DNA of 20,000 nucleotides from an uncultured virus (IMG/VR IMGVR_UViG_3300030060_003029) (IMGVR_UViG_3300030060_003029); one strand, 5' to 3'. Counted from the stretch's first letter, positions 8,007 through 16,357 are shown. The notes: generated by a model not told the origin, from the sequence alone. Program-made: numbers and translations.

Positions 8007-9291
8007 GGAACTTAGTTAACTCCCTCTGAAATCTCAATCCTAGAACGCCTGTTCCAATATTCCTGCCTTTAGCAAATATAATCTCTGCTAAACCATCTGT
8101 ACTATCACCTTTTTCATCCTGCGTTATACCATAATACTCTGGCCTATAAACTAAGACCACTACATCTGCAGCTTGTTCTATCTCTCCTGACTCTCTTAAG
8201 TCTGCTATTGTTGGTCTGCTCTCTGCTCTTTGACCAACTCCCCTGTTTAATTGAGATAATGCGATGATAGTTATATTAAGTTCTTTAGCTATATTCTTCA
8301 ATGCTCTAGCTACCTCAGAAACTTCCTGCTCTCTACTCCTCCCTTTTTTATCGTTAGATACTAGTTGTAGGTAGTCAACCATAAATAACTTAACCTTCTT
8401 GGTTATAACATATTGTCTTATCCTGTTAAGAAGGTATTTAAGAGAGGAGGAGGAGCACTCATCAACATACAGGGGAACTCTTTCTATTCTTCCAACACTT
8501 TCATGTATTTTGCTTAACTCTGATTGATCCAAAGTTCCTTTCATTATCCACTTATTATCTATTCCTGTGTCAGAAGATATTAATCTGCTTAATAACTGCT
8601 GAGAACTCATCTCGTAAGAAAACAAGCACGTTGGAGTCTTGCCATAGAACGCACTATTAAAAGCAAAGGCTAAGGCAAGAGAGGTTTTACCCATAGAACT
8701 AGCACCCCCAATGATGACTAGATCAGTCTCTTGCCAGCCTCCTGTAAATTTATCTACACTTTCAAAGCCTGTTGTTATTCCATTTAAACCTTTATTGTTT
8801 ATTTTATGTTCAATGCTCTTTAACAATCCACCTAATTGCTCTGATACATTAACTATTCCATCTTTTGATATGTTTCCTATCTTTCCAACCTCTCCCTCAA
8901 CATATTCCAATATGTGAAATATATCATCATCATTAGATAACATCTCTGATATTTTAACATTTAACTCAAGCAACTGTTCTTTCTTCTTTCTTTCATTCAA
9001 TATGAGTATACAGGTTAACGCTTGTGTTTGGAGATAAGATTCTTCATTAACCATTGTCGCTAGATCATAAGATAGGTTTTCTCCTTTCTTTGATATAGTA
9101 TCCACCAAACTAAGTAAGTCTATTTTTTTATCGTTCTCTAACTCCTCTGATATATATTTATATATCCTTCTGTTTTTAGAATCCTCAAATAATTCACTAC
9201 TTAAAAGAGAGTGATTATTATAATACTCCTGAGGGTTATTTATTATCTTCCCCAACAATGTTCTTTCTATTTGACTATTATCTGCTGACAT
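7984..9291 (-). CDS. dnaB: Replicative DNA helicase
   Basis: ITTGF..VD..TGGWQ, Walker A GASSMGKT, FSYEMS, VDYLQL, ALSQLNR, DLRESGEIEQAADVV, AKGRN. Confidence 0.97.
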   Translation of the reverse strand: MSADNSQIERTLLGKIINNPQEYYNNHSLLSSELFEDSKNRRIYKYISEELENDKKIDLLSLVDTISKKGENLSYDLATMVNEESYLQTQALTCILILNERKKKEQLLELNVKISEMLSNDDDIFHILEYVEGEVGKIGNISKDGIVNVSEQLGGLLKSIEHKINNKGLNGITTGFESVDKFTGGWQETDLVIIGGASSMGKTSLALAFAFNSAFYGKTPTCLFSYEMSSQQLLSRLISSDTGIDNKWIMKGTLDQSELSKIHESVGRIERVPLYVDECSSSSLKYLLNRIRQYVITKKVKLFMVDYLQLVSNDKKGRSREQEVSEVARALKNIAKELNITIIALSQLNRGVGQRAESRPTIADLRESGEIEQAADVVVLVYRPEYYGITQDEKGDSTDGLAEIIFAKGRNIGTGVLGLRFQRELTKFHEIQEFA

Positions 9292-9775
9292 CTGTAAATT
9301 TTGGTGTTACATATTTAATACTGCTTTCATTTGATTTACCTATAACCTCATTTCTCCAAGCTTTTTGATATATCCACGTGCTTGGGTTTTTTCTATATTG
9401 TTTATCAGGTGTAGACTTTACATATAATTCTACCATCTTCAAAGCATCTTTCATGTCTGATATAGATAGCTTTTTCCACTTCTTTAAACAATCGTCTCTA
9501 TTTATCTTTTTATCATACCTATCCCAAAAGTCATTAAACATATCCATCTTCTCTGACATTATCTTCTCACTTGGTCTAATTATTGCACTATCCATTGTTG
9601 CATCTTTAAAAGAACTAGCTATCCTGTCAAAAACATTTTTAGCAAATCCTTCAGATGGGTAAACTTCTTCGTGCTTTCTAGAAGATATGTAAAAAGTTAT
9701 CTTCTTTCCATCTAGGTAGTATTGATCTATTTTATTACTCTCTATAAAAGAGTCTGTGTTTATTTTTATTAACAT
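9278..9775 (-). CDS. Putative replication initiator/replisome organiser
   Basis: C-terminal F..FW..Y.KK....C.KKW.KLS...QY.K.P.TW.....W..E domain typical of phage initiators; directly upstream of dnaB. Confidence 0.65.
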   Translation of the reverse strand: MLIKINTDSFIESNKIDQYYLDGKKITFYISSRKHEEVYPSEGFAKNVFDRIASSFKDATMDSAIIRPSEKIMSEKMDMFNDFWDRYDKKINRDDCLKKWKKLSISDMKDALKMVELYVKSTPDKQYRKNPSTWIYQKAWRNEVIGKSNESSIKYVTPKFTDVSR

Positions 9776-9795
9776 ATAATCAAATTATGGTTATT

Positions 9796-9823
9796 ATAGG
9801 GGATGCTATGACACACCCCCCAT
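9796..9823 (-). other. Intergenic RNA hairpin
   Basis: ATGGGGGGTGT/GCATCCCCTAT 11-bp stem with GU pairs on the minus strand; no U tract after it. Confidence 0.55.
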
Positions 9824-9840
9824 AAAAAACAAATAAAAAA

Positions 9841-10110
9841 TTAAAATGGTAAATCATCCTTTGTTGCTGACGCTGTCTCCTTTTGAGGTTCAGGTTTAAA
9901 ATCATTGATCTTAACGTAGTGTGTTTTACCATACTCGTTAGCACCATCTTTATTGGCACCAATAGTTAAGTTAACATACTTCTTACCCTCGTAAGTATAA
10001 ACGTGTTCTCCAATCTTATCTAAGTGTAGAGTCATGTTTATAATTGAGCCACCATCATTAAAGGTAACTTCTTTTCCATTTCCACAAAAAATTGCTTCTT
10101 TCTTTTCCAT
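9841..10110 (-). CDS. Single-stranded DNA-binding protein (Bacteroidota phage type)
   Basis: Short beta-rich protein with YGKTHY motif and acidic DDLPF C-terminus, within the recombination/replication module. Confidence 0.75.
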   Translation of the reverse strand: MEKKEAIFCGNGKEVTFNDGGSIINMTLHLDKIGEHVYTYEGKKYVNLTIGANKDGANEYGKTHYVKINDFKPEPQKETASATKDDLPF

Positions 10111-10139
10111 AATAAAATAATTAAATAGTTAGTAAATAG

Positions 10140-10331
10140 TTATATAAATAAATTGTTGTACGCCCATGTGTCATCCACACTCATCATTTCAGAGATCAGT
10201 CTAATTTCCTGTGCGTTAAACGTATCAGGAGATTCTAACCTCTTTGATATAGTTGGCCTAGACACACCAACGTAGTCTGCTATCTCTTGCTGAGATATTT
10301 TTCTTGCTCTAAGTTCTGTTTTTAATTTCAT
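10140..10331 (-). CDS. Cro/XRE-type helix-turn-helix protein
   Basis: ISQQEIADYVGVSRPTISKR. Confidence 0.85.
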   Translation of the reverse strand: MKLKTELRARKISQQEIADYVGVSRPTISKRLESPDTFNAQEIRLISEMMSVDDTWAYNNLFI

Positions 10332-10342
10332 AGTAATTGTTT

Positions 10343-11107
10343 TTAAAGTATTGATTCAACATAATAGTCATTAATTTCTCTGTCTTGTTTTATAAAATAT
10401 GTATCGTACAAGTTTAATAGTTCTTTATATTTAGTTCTTCCAAGTTCCATGAAACCTTCACTTGACATATATATCCCAACATCAAATGGTTCTGTTTTTT
10501 CTATAACAATAAACCAAAATTCATCAGCCCCAAATCCATCAAGATAAAATGCTGACTGCCTATCATAACCATATTTCAAAGATGAACGTCTAAACTCATT
10601 TATAACGTGGCTTTGAGTTGTCTTTATATCTACAATAATCTTTCTTCCATTCTCATTTTTTACATAATCTGCCTTACCTTTACAATAAACACCAGTGTCT
10701 TGATCCTCCCAACAATTAACAATCTCTGCCTTTCCATTAGATAATAGGTTTTTAACTCTTGGTATGGACAATAACTTTTCTCTCATTTTATACAAAGACT
10801 TCTCCTCTCCTTTTGTAATAATAGTTTTATCATTATTATTAAGTTTAAACTCATCCCAAGCCTTACCTCTCCTTGTTCCATCGTAAGATATAACCTGATC
10901 CTTATACTTCTCAGGCTCTAATATATTTTGGTGAAAGGCTCTACCAAATAGTAAAGCGTTAGTATCATCTTGCCCCCATTTTCTATAATGCTCTAATTTA
11001 GCTGGTGAATGTGCCAATTTACCTAACTGAGAATTTGTTATAAAATTCTTGTCACCATAATAAATATTATCACTATCAAAATTTTTTATGTATTTAGCGA
11101 AATCCAT
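10343..11107 (-). CDS. RecE/exonuclease VIII-like PD-(D/E)XK nuclease (DUF3799-like)
   Basis: FGRAFH..ILEP, CKGKADY, IVDIKTT, YGYDRQSAFY, FIVIEK. Confidence 0.88.
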   Translation of the reverse strand: MDFAKYIKNFDSDNIYYGDKNFITNSQLGKLAHSPAKLEHYRKWGQDDTNALLFGRAFHQNILEPEKYKDQVISYDGTRRGKAWDEFKLNNNDKTIITKGEEKSLYKMREKLLSIPRVKNLLSNGKAEIVNCWEDQDTGVYCKGKADYVKNENGRKIIVDIKTTQSHVINEFRRSSLKYGYDRQSAFYLDGFGADEFWFIVIEKTEPFDVGIYMSSEGFMELGRTKYKELLNLYDTYFIKQDREINDYYVESIL

Positions 11108-11108
11108 A

Positions 11109-11627
11109 TTATTGCTTTTCTATTTCTAACATTAATAACTTTCTTTGATCCTCAGTCATAGAGTAGCTATCCATTCTTTGCTTAACAACTAAAGATTCTC
11201 CATCTCTGATAGCTTTCATCATGGCATCAAACTGACTACTTGTTAATTTTTTTTTACCACTAGCTTGTTTCTTTTTGGGTATCTCTGTTTGTGCTATTGC
11301 GTTTGCAACTTCATGTGCTGAAGCAACCTGACTATCTATTCCAATGCCAAAGTTTGCTAATGCCCTACCCCACGCAGACGTTTCACAAACCTCGACAAAG
11401 GATGTTTTGTTAATAAAACTAGCTGATCTAACTTCGTGTGCATGTCCTGTTGCAATTGGAACTCCACCATGTACGATAGTAGCTTTTATAACACAATGTT
11501 CTTCTGTACATTGTATAATTTCTGTTACTAGTGAATGTTCAGGATGATTCTCTCTGAAATACTTGAGTCTTTCGTTAACTTCAACGTATTCTTTACCTTT
11601 AATGTTTATAGTTTTTAGTTTAGTCAT
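11109..11627 (-). CDS. Putative single-strand annealing protein (Rad52/Sak-like)
   Basis: KGKEYVEVNERL, ATGHAHE and ETSAWGRALA..GIG motifs; adjacent to exonuclease and SSB. Confidence 0.65.
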   Translation of the reverse strand: MTKLKTINIKGKEYVEVNERLKYFRENHPEHSLVTEIIQCTEEHCVIKATIVHGGVPIATGHAHEVRSASFINKTSFVEVCETSAWGRALANFGIGIDSQVASAHEVANAIAQTEIPKKKQASGKKKLTSSQFDAMMKAIRDGESLVVKQRMDSYSMTEDQRKLLMLEIEKQ

Positions 11628-11652
11628 AATTAATTAAATTAAATTGTTTTTA

Positions 11653-11660
11653 CAAATATA
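11653..11660 (-). promoter_or_regulatory. Candidate -7 promoter element for the recombination/replication genes
   Basis: TATATTTG on the minus strand 25 nt upstream of the 11627 start; no clear -33 element at 19 nt. Confidence 0.45.
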
Positions 11661-11682
11661 TTAAACTTTCTTTACAATATGC

Positions 11683-12162
11683 TTACTTTAGCATGTATTT
11701 TTTCTTAAAATTTATTAACAATCCATGTATTCTTTCTTTCTCTAATTTCTCATTCATCCATAGATCTTTATATCTTCCTATGGTTTTGTCTTGTTCTTCT
11801 ATCTTTTTTTTCATATCTATATTTCTAGATGCTTCAATGTCTTCACTATTAACATATAGTCCTAGATGATCCATTGATTTATTATAGAAATTTCTATACA
11901 TGATATTTGTTTTATAATCTATGTCGTGCATACCTCTTGCATGAACAATAGATGCGTGGTTTTTATATCCCAATATATCTCTCAAGTTGTGGTTAGTATA
12001 GTTAAAGTTTCTATATAGTAAATTAACCAATACTTGCCTTGCTATAACCACGTTTGCGTGTCTTGTAGCAGTTCTGTTTCTTATTATTTTATCTTCAGGA
12101 ACATTACAAACTTCAGATACTATATTTATTATATTCTTTTCTAGTATTTCCATGATTCTCAT
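11683..12162 (-). CDS. DnaA C-terminal (domain IV) HTH-containing protein with coiled-coil tail
   Basis: II..VSE...V....I......R...VVIARQV...L.......L..ILG..NHASIVHA matches the domain IV pattern (canonical RDHTTVxH); no AAA+ domain. Confidence 0.75.
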   Translation of the reverse strand: MRIMEILEKNIINIVSEVCNVPEDKIIRNRTATRHANVVIARQVLVNLLYRNFNYTNHNLRDILGYKNHASIVHARGMHDIDYKTNIMYRNFYNKSMDHLGLYVNSEDIEASRNIDMKKKIEEQDKTIGRYKDLWMNEKLEKERIHGLLINFKKKYMLK

Positions 12163-12293
12163 TTTATTTTATTATTTACTTTAATTGTTATTATTGATGT
12201 TATCATTATTATTCCCATAACTATTATTAAATCTAATCCATCAGGAACACATCCCATGTTCGCCAACCAGTAGTCTTGCCAGTATTGTTTCAT
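12159..12293 (-). CDS. Small membrane protein, 44 aa (not in ORF track)
   Basis: MKQYWQDYWLANMGCVPDGLDLIIVMGIIMITSIITIKVNNKIK; its stop overlaps the next start (ATGA). Confidence 0.6.
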   Translation of the reverse strand: MKQYWQDYWLANMGCVPDGLDLIIVMGIIMITSIITIKVNNKIK

Positions 12294-12295
12294 AA

Positions 12296-12532
12296 TTAAT
12301 CCATTTTATAGTTAAAATCATATTTTAAAACCATAGAGTCCAGTTTCCAACCAATATCCATCATCTCTGTCTTTAGTTCTACTATCTCCACATTTAGAGA
12401 TGTTATCATCATATCTTGAGTTTTATCCTCTACGTTTTTAATTGTTTCGTTAAATGTTTTTATTGTGCCATTAACCATTATTAGTATAATTATAGTTAAG
12501 ATCCAACACATAGTAATTGATATTTTTTTCAT
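12296..12532 (-). CDS. Membrane-anchored coiled-coil hypothetical protein
   Basis: N-terminal hydrophobic helix followed by heptads. Confidence 0.65.
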   Translation of the reverse strand: MKKISITMCWILTIIILIMVNGTIKTFNETIKNVEDKTQDMMITSLNVEIVELKTEMMDIGWKLDSMVLKYDFNYKMD

Positions 12533-12741
12533 AATGATTTTTTTTCTAATTGTTTTATATACTCTTTAGCTTCATTCTTAGTTCTAAATAACTTTCTTAC
12601 AGGATCTATATTATATATCTCCTCGCTAACATCGTCCCAACAGCTCCATAAAATTTCGTACTTATGTAAATTATAGATCTTGTCTGTATGTTTAATTACG
12701 ATATAATAATCATCTCCTTCTTTAAATGGGTATCTTTCCAT
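12529..12741 (-). CDS. Hypothetical protein
   Basis: 70-aa ORF coupled to both neighbours. Confidence 0.65.
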   Translation of the reverse strand: MERYPFKEGDDYYIVIKHTDKIYNLHKYEILWSCWDDVSEEIYNIDPVRKLFRTKNEAKEYIKQLEKKSL

Positions 12742-12743
12742 AA

Positions 12744-12998
12744 CTAATCCTTTTTCTCTTTAAGCCCCATGTCTTCAGCAAAGTATCTTATACTTTCCCA
12801 TACTTGATTTGCAGTTCCATCATTATCTAATGCTTGATCTAACACATCCATTGCTTCTGAATCAGTACACTCATAATTAGATTGTACATCTTCAATATGA
12901 TACATAGAATATATGTAATATCCATTTTCCCTTAATAATTCTTTTGCATCTGCGATCTTATCGTTAGTCGCTATAATATCTTCTGGTAGTTGTTTCAT
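12744..12998 (-). CDS. Acidic hypothetical protein
   Basis: Probable start MKQLPEDII at 12998 after an A-rich leader; HIEDVQ...TD.EA..VL motif. Confidence 0.65.
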   Translation of the reverse strand: MKQLPEDIIATNDKIADAKELLRENGYYIYSMYHIEDVQSNYECTDSEAMDVLDQALDNDGTANQVWESIRYFAEDMGLKEKKD

Positions 12999-13017
12999 AA
13001 TTTTATTCTTTTTTATT

Positions 13018-13194
13018 TTAATGTCTACTATAATTTTCATTTTCATTTAGTTGGACTAGTCTTGTTGCCAATCTTTCCAACATTACAATTTCTTTATCAA
13101 AATCACTTTCTAAATTTTTTTCCTCAATTAAGTTTATGGTTTTATCCACTAACTCAATTAATGATTCTAAATTATTACTTTGCCATTTTTCCAT
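13018..13194 (-). CDS. Hypothetical 58-aa protein (not in ORF track)
   Basis: MEKWQSNNLESLIELVDKTINLIEEKNLESDFDKEIVMLERLATRLVQLNENENYSRH, with an A-rich leader. Confidence 0.6.
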   Translation of the reverse strand: MEKWQSNNLESLIELVDKTINLIEEKNLESDFDKEIVMLERLATRLVQLNENENYSRH

Positions 13195-13206
13195 AATGTT
13201 TATTTA

Positions 13207-13347
13207 TTAGTCGTTCCAATATGCTTTCGCACAATCATCAGAACAAAATTTATACTCAGTTAATACTTCTCCACAGAACGCACATTCTGTTTTGTCTGCG
13301 AGATCTTGGTATGGATCAGTCATATTTAAATAATACCACTTCATCAT
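13207..13347 (-). CDS. Small zinc-ribbon protein, 46 aa (not in ORF track)
   Basis: MMKWYYLNMTDPYQDLADKTECAFCGEVLTEYKFCSDDCAKAYWND: CxxC...FCSxxC. Confidence 0.7.
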   Translation of the reverse strand: MMKWYYLNMTDPYQDLADKTECAFCGEVLTEYKFCSDDCAKAYWND

Positions 13348-13351
13348 AGTT

Positions 13352-13492
13352 TTATTTTTTTCTTGTTAATATATCTATTACAAAATCTATCTCATCTCTT
13401 TCATCGCTACCTATTCTATCAGACCAACCTAACATAGACCTTAATGATTCTATTGCTATCTCTTTGTTTACTTGTTCAATTTTCTTTTCCAT
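13352..13492 (-). CDS. Hypothetical 46-aa protein (not in ORF track)
   Basis: MEKKIEQVNKEIAIESLRSMLGWSDRIGSDERDEIDFVIDILTRKK. Confidence 0.6.
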   Translation of the reverse strand: MEKKIEQVNKEIAIESLRSMLGWSDRIGSDERDEIDFVIDILTRKK

Positions 13493-13496
13493 AATT

Positions 13497-13649
13497 TTAT
13501 CCCTTTTTTAATTTCTTTAATTTTAATTCTAATCTCTCTATCTCTTTTCTTTTCTCCCAAAATAGATCTAATTCTTTTTTGGTTATAAATGGAGATATTA
13601 TTTTTTCAATACCCCATTGTTTTCTTAATTTTTCTAAATCTCTATCCAT
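13497..13649 (-). CDS. Hypothetical 50-aa protein (not in ORF track)
   Basis: MDRDLEKLRKQWGIEKIISPF...; fills the gap between neighbouring ORFs. Confidence 0.55.
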   Translation of the reverse strand: MDRDLEKLRKQWGIEKIISPFITKKELDLFWEKRKEIERLELKLKKLKKG

Positions 13650-13651
13650 AA

Positions 13652-14050
13652 TTATTTATAAAATTTAATTAACTCTTTTGGGTTACCCTCAAATACAAAC
13701 TTTTTCTCATAGTTATCATATATCTTTATTTGTATATCTCCTGTATCATCGCAAACCTCAACGTGATACTCATACTCTTGCCCCATATTATTATTATTTA
13801 CTGGAAATATATATATGCCCCCAACTTCTTTTTTCTTTTCAGATATTAATTGTGCAATAAGACAAGCAACGCCACTTGCCTTTGACATATCTTCCCTGTC
13901 TCCTACGCCATTAGTTAGTTTTTTACTATCTAAAAATTCTGCTAATTCACAACCCCAAGCGTAAGGATGTCCATCAAATTGTTTATACATATTTAATGTT
14001 GCTTGTGTATCTCTTTTTTCTTTAATGTATGTAAGTGAACGTGTTCCCAT
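13652..14050 (-). CDS. Conserved early phage hypothetical protein
   Basis: MGTRSLT...YKQFDGHP...G..L...EYEY pattern, common among phage early genes. Confidence 0.75.
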   Translation of the reverse strand: MGTRSLTYIKEKRDTQATLNMYKQFDGHPYAWGCELAEFLDSKKLTNGVGDREDMSKASGVACLIAQLISEKKKEVGGIYIFPVNNNNMGQEYEYHVEVCDDTGDIQIKIYDNYEKKFVFEGNPKELIKFYK

Positions 14051-14089
14051 AATGTTTATTTGTTTAGTTAATGTTTCAGTTTCTTATTG

Positions 14090-14120
14090 TAAAGTTAATT
14101 ATTTTTTCGTTAATTGCAAA
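14090..14120 (-). promoter_or_regulatory. Bacteroidota-type promoter
   Basis: Minus strand TTTG-N19-TAACTTTA; tandem TGTTAATAAC upstream. Confidence 0.7.
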
Positions 14121-14150
14121 CTATTTTGACATAAGTTATTAACAATGTTA

Positions 14151-14300
14151 TTAACAATCTTCAAGTTCATCTGCATATTCACACGCTTCATTATATAGAT
14201 TGCTATCTATATTGCCCACGTAATCTACAAAGTGATTAAACCAAGCTAAATACTTATCTTTTATTTCAATTTGCTTTTCTAAGTCGTTTCTTTTTTTCAT
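14151..14300 (-). CDS. Hypothetical 49-aa protein (not in ORF track)
   Basis: MKKRNDLEKQIEIKDKYLAWFNHFVDYVGNIDSNLYNEACEYADELEDC. Confidence 0.6.
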   Translation of the reverse strand: MKKRNDLEKQIEIKDKYLAWFNHFVDYVGNIDSNLYNEACEYADELEDC

Positions 14301-14428
14301 AGTAATTCTTTTTGTAATTTATTAATTAATTTACCTAATGTTCTGCCTGTATCAGTTTTATCAAACTCGTACTTAACCTCTAAATTGTAAAGTACCTTAA
14401 ATAGTTCTGCTTGTGTTTCTTGATTCAT
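14297..14428 (-). CDS. Hypothetical 43-aa protein (not in ORF track)
   Basis: MNQETQAELFKVLYNLEVKYEFDKTDTGRTLGKLINKLQKELL; ATGA overlap with the next gene. Confidence 0.6.
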   Translation of the reverse strand: MNQETQAELFKVLYNLEVKYEFDKTDTGRTLGKLINKLQKELL

Positions 14429-14432
14429 AATT

Positions 14433-14720
14433 TTATTTTTTTAATTTTAATTCTCTATACTTTTTTGCAATATCTTCCAGATTATCTAACTCACTATTAC
14501 AATACAATCCTAATATATTATTAGTTAGTGTTTCGTATTCATCATACACATCATTATAAAAATCTTGTGCATCTTCATTAAATATCATTGTATCAGATTG
14601 GTTTTCTTCTGAACTTCCCTCTGTCCATGTTTCTTCCCCAAATCTTTCTTCTGTTATCCTTGTTGCTAACTCATCTATGTATTCCATAAATCTTGAATTT
14701 TCTATATATATCTTGCTCAT
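14433..14720 (-). CDS. Acidic hypothetical protein
   Basis: 95-aa ORF in the early cluster. Confidence 0.7.
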   Translation of the reverse strand: MSKIYIENSRFMEYIDELATRITEERFGEETWTEGSSEENQSDTMIFNEDAQDFYNDVYDEYETLTNNILGLYCNSELDNLEDIAKKYRELKLKK

Positions 14721-14724
14721 AATT

Positions 14725-14940
14725 TTATTTATTTATAGTTATATAATCCTGTTCTATTGTGCTATAAGATCCATTTTCCTCTTGTTCTAATTTACTTATT
14801 GAAACATAAGATCCTTTTTCTGTGCTTAAACTAATTACTTCTTTTGCCCTATCTATTGCCTTTTTTTCTGTAAATTCTATTTCAGTTTCCAGAACATCAC
14901 TTTCTATCATATACTCTATTTGATATTGTATTTTTTCCAT
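14725..14940 (-). CDS. Hypothetical protein
   Basis: 71-aa ORF with AAATAAAATT-ATG leader. Confidence 0.65.
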   Translation of the reverse strand: MEKIQYQIEYMIESDVLETEIEFTEKKAIDRAKEVISLSTEKGSYVSISKLEQEENGSYSTIEQDYITINK

Positions 14941-14952
14941 AATTTTATTTAT

Positions 14953-15078
14953 TTATTGTTCATTAATTAATCTTTTGCAATCACAACCATAGCATAGTAT
15001 AGTTCCATCATATTGTTCTACATAATCTTCTAATTCTGTTTCAAAACAATTTTCGCAATAATACTTTTCTTTTTCCAT
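14953..15078 (-). CDS. Small zinc-finger protein, 41 aa (not in ORF track)
   Basis: MEKEKYYCENCFETELEDYVEQYDGTILCYGCDCKRLINEQ: two CxxC motifs. Confidence 0.65.
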   Translation of the reverse strand: MEKEKYYCENCFETELEDYVEQYDGTILCYGCDCKRLINEQ

Positions 15079-15243
15079 AACTTTTATTCTTTTTTATTAA
15101 CACTACTTGACTTTGTCAAATTTTACTTGTACCTTGCCCCTCGTTTTTATTTAGGAGATTATTCAAAAAGAGACTTTTTAAATATCTCTCTCAATACTCT
15201 CTCTGAATAGTAGATTTGTATTAGGGATAATTATATCCTATTT

Positions 15244-15435
15244 TTATTTAATTTTAATTAATTGATCTTCTGTTAAGTCTTCGCATAGATATTCTAATGG
15301 TTTAAACCTTATAGGTTTTAATTGATACTTTTGTACATTTCCATTGTTATCTAATTTTTCGTTTCCATCTTCATCTACCATATAGAATTGAATATCCCAT
15401 ACTGATACTGAATAGTTTTTATTTTCTTTTTCCAT
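15244..15435 (-). CDS. Hypothetical protein
   Basis: 63-aa ORF with an A-rich leader. Confidence 0.65.
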   Translation of the reverse strand: MEKENKNYSVSVWDIQFYMVDEDGNEKLDNNGNVQKYQLKPIRFKPLEYLCEDLTEDQLIKIK

Positions 15436-15631
15436 AATTTTATTTAGTTTTTAAAGTGTCTTTGTAAGGACTTGGTGGACTTCTTGTTGTTTTTTTACCC
15501 CTACCTTCTTTGTTTCACAAGTGGACACTAACATTAATGTTTCTTTATTTTATTTTGTTTTTCTTTCAGATAATTCTTGTTGTTTTACTTCTGTATTTAT
15601 TATCATACTCAGAAGGTTAATACTCTTTATA

Positions 15632-15662
15632 CAAATATACTGCTTTTCTTGTTAATGTCAAA
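15632..15662 (-). promoter_or_regulatory. Bacteroidota consensus promoter
   Basis: Perfect TTTG-N19-TATATTTG on the minus strand; tandem TGTTAATAAC/TGTTAATATC upstream. Confidence 0.8.
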
Positions 15663-15676
15663 TTATTTTACATTTA

Positions 15677-15829
15677 TTATTCCAAAGATATTAACAAAGT
15701 TATTAACAATTGTTTTTTTGTTTGGATCAAAACACGCATGTTTTTTTCATTCATGCTTGTCATAGTAATATAATCATAGTAATTTTTTTTGGGGAGAACA
15801 TTCATCTCCCCTTGTGTATAACTAATCAT
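15677..15829 (-). CDS. Possible 50-aa hypothetical protein
   Basis: MISYTQGEMNVLPKKNYYDY...; start overlaps the upstream stop (TAATG), but the ORF runs over regulatory motifs. Confidence 0.35.
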   Translation of the reverse strand: MISYTQGEMNVLPKKNYYDYITMTSMNEKNMRVLIQTKKQLLITLLISLE

Positions 15830-16341
15830 TATGCAGTAATTTTATTTAGTAATCTGTATTGATAATCATAATCATCTAAGTCATTATAAAAATTCCCATC
15901 TTCATCTTCTTGAACAAAGTCCTCTCTATCGTGTGTGTAAATAGCATTTCCATCTTGATTTGTCCACCTTTCATTAGATTCTTTGATAGATTCTTTTATC
16001 TGTATTTCTTTCTGTTCTATTTCTTCTTCATACATCTTCTTTGTGAATAGTGCAACCTCGTTTACGTTACATAGTATTCCTATAGCATAGATTGTGTCAT
16101 CTATTTCAAATACTTGATATGTTCCATGGTTTTCAAATTCTCCTTCTTCATATTCTCCTACACCAAATACATATCCATCTCCATCTTTCCAAACCTTGTC
16201 AGCATGTTGTTCGTTGACTCTTTTTTTAGCAAAGTTCATAGCTTTCCTTTTGGTGTCAAATACTTGTATTTCTGTTCCATTGTTAGAAGAATATCCTTCT
16301 CCATTCCAAGTATCTATTACGATATATTTTTTAGTTGTCAT
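15829..16341 (-). CDS. Acidic hypothetical early protein
   Basis: 170-aa, D/E-rich ORF directly downstream of the ardC-like gene. Confidence 0.75.
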   Translation of the reverse strand: MTTKKYIVIDTWNGEGYSSNNGTEIQVFDTKRKAMNFAKKRVNEQHADKVWKDGDGYVFGVGEYEEGEFENHGTYQVFEIDDTIYAIGILCNVNEVALFTKKMYEEEIEQKEIQIKESIKESNERWTNQDGNAIYTHDREDFVQEDEDGNFYNDLDDYDYQYRLLNKITA

Positions 16342-16357
16342 AGTTTTTAGTTTTTTG

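Noticed and set aside
8680..8712. Non-canonical DnaB Walker A (GASSMGKT instead of ARPSMGKT)
   Set aside because: The GKT core and all other helicase motifs are intact; this is ordinary variation.
9780..9962. 60-aa minus ORF overlapping the SSB gene
   Set aside because: Alternative frame crossing the SSB C-terminus and an intergenic hairpin.
15120..15480. Twister or twister-sister-like words (GGUACAAGU, CCAAGUCC) on the minus strand
   Set aside because: The required flanking stems and other conserved nucleotides could not be assembled.
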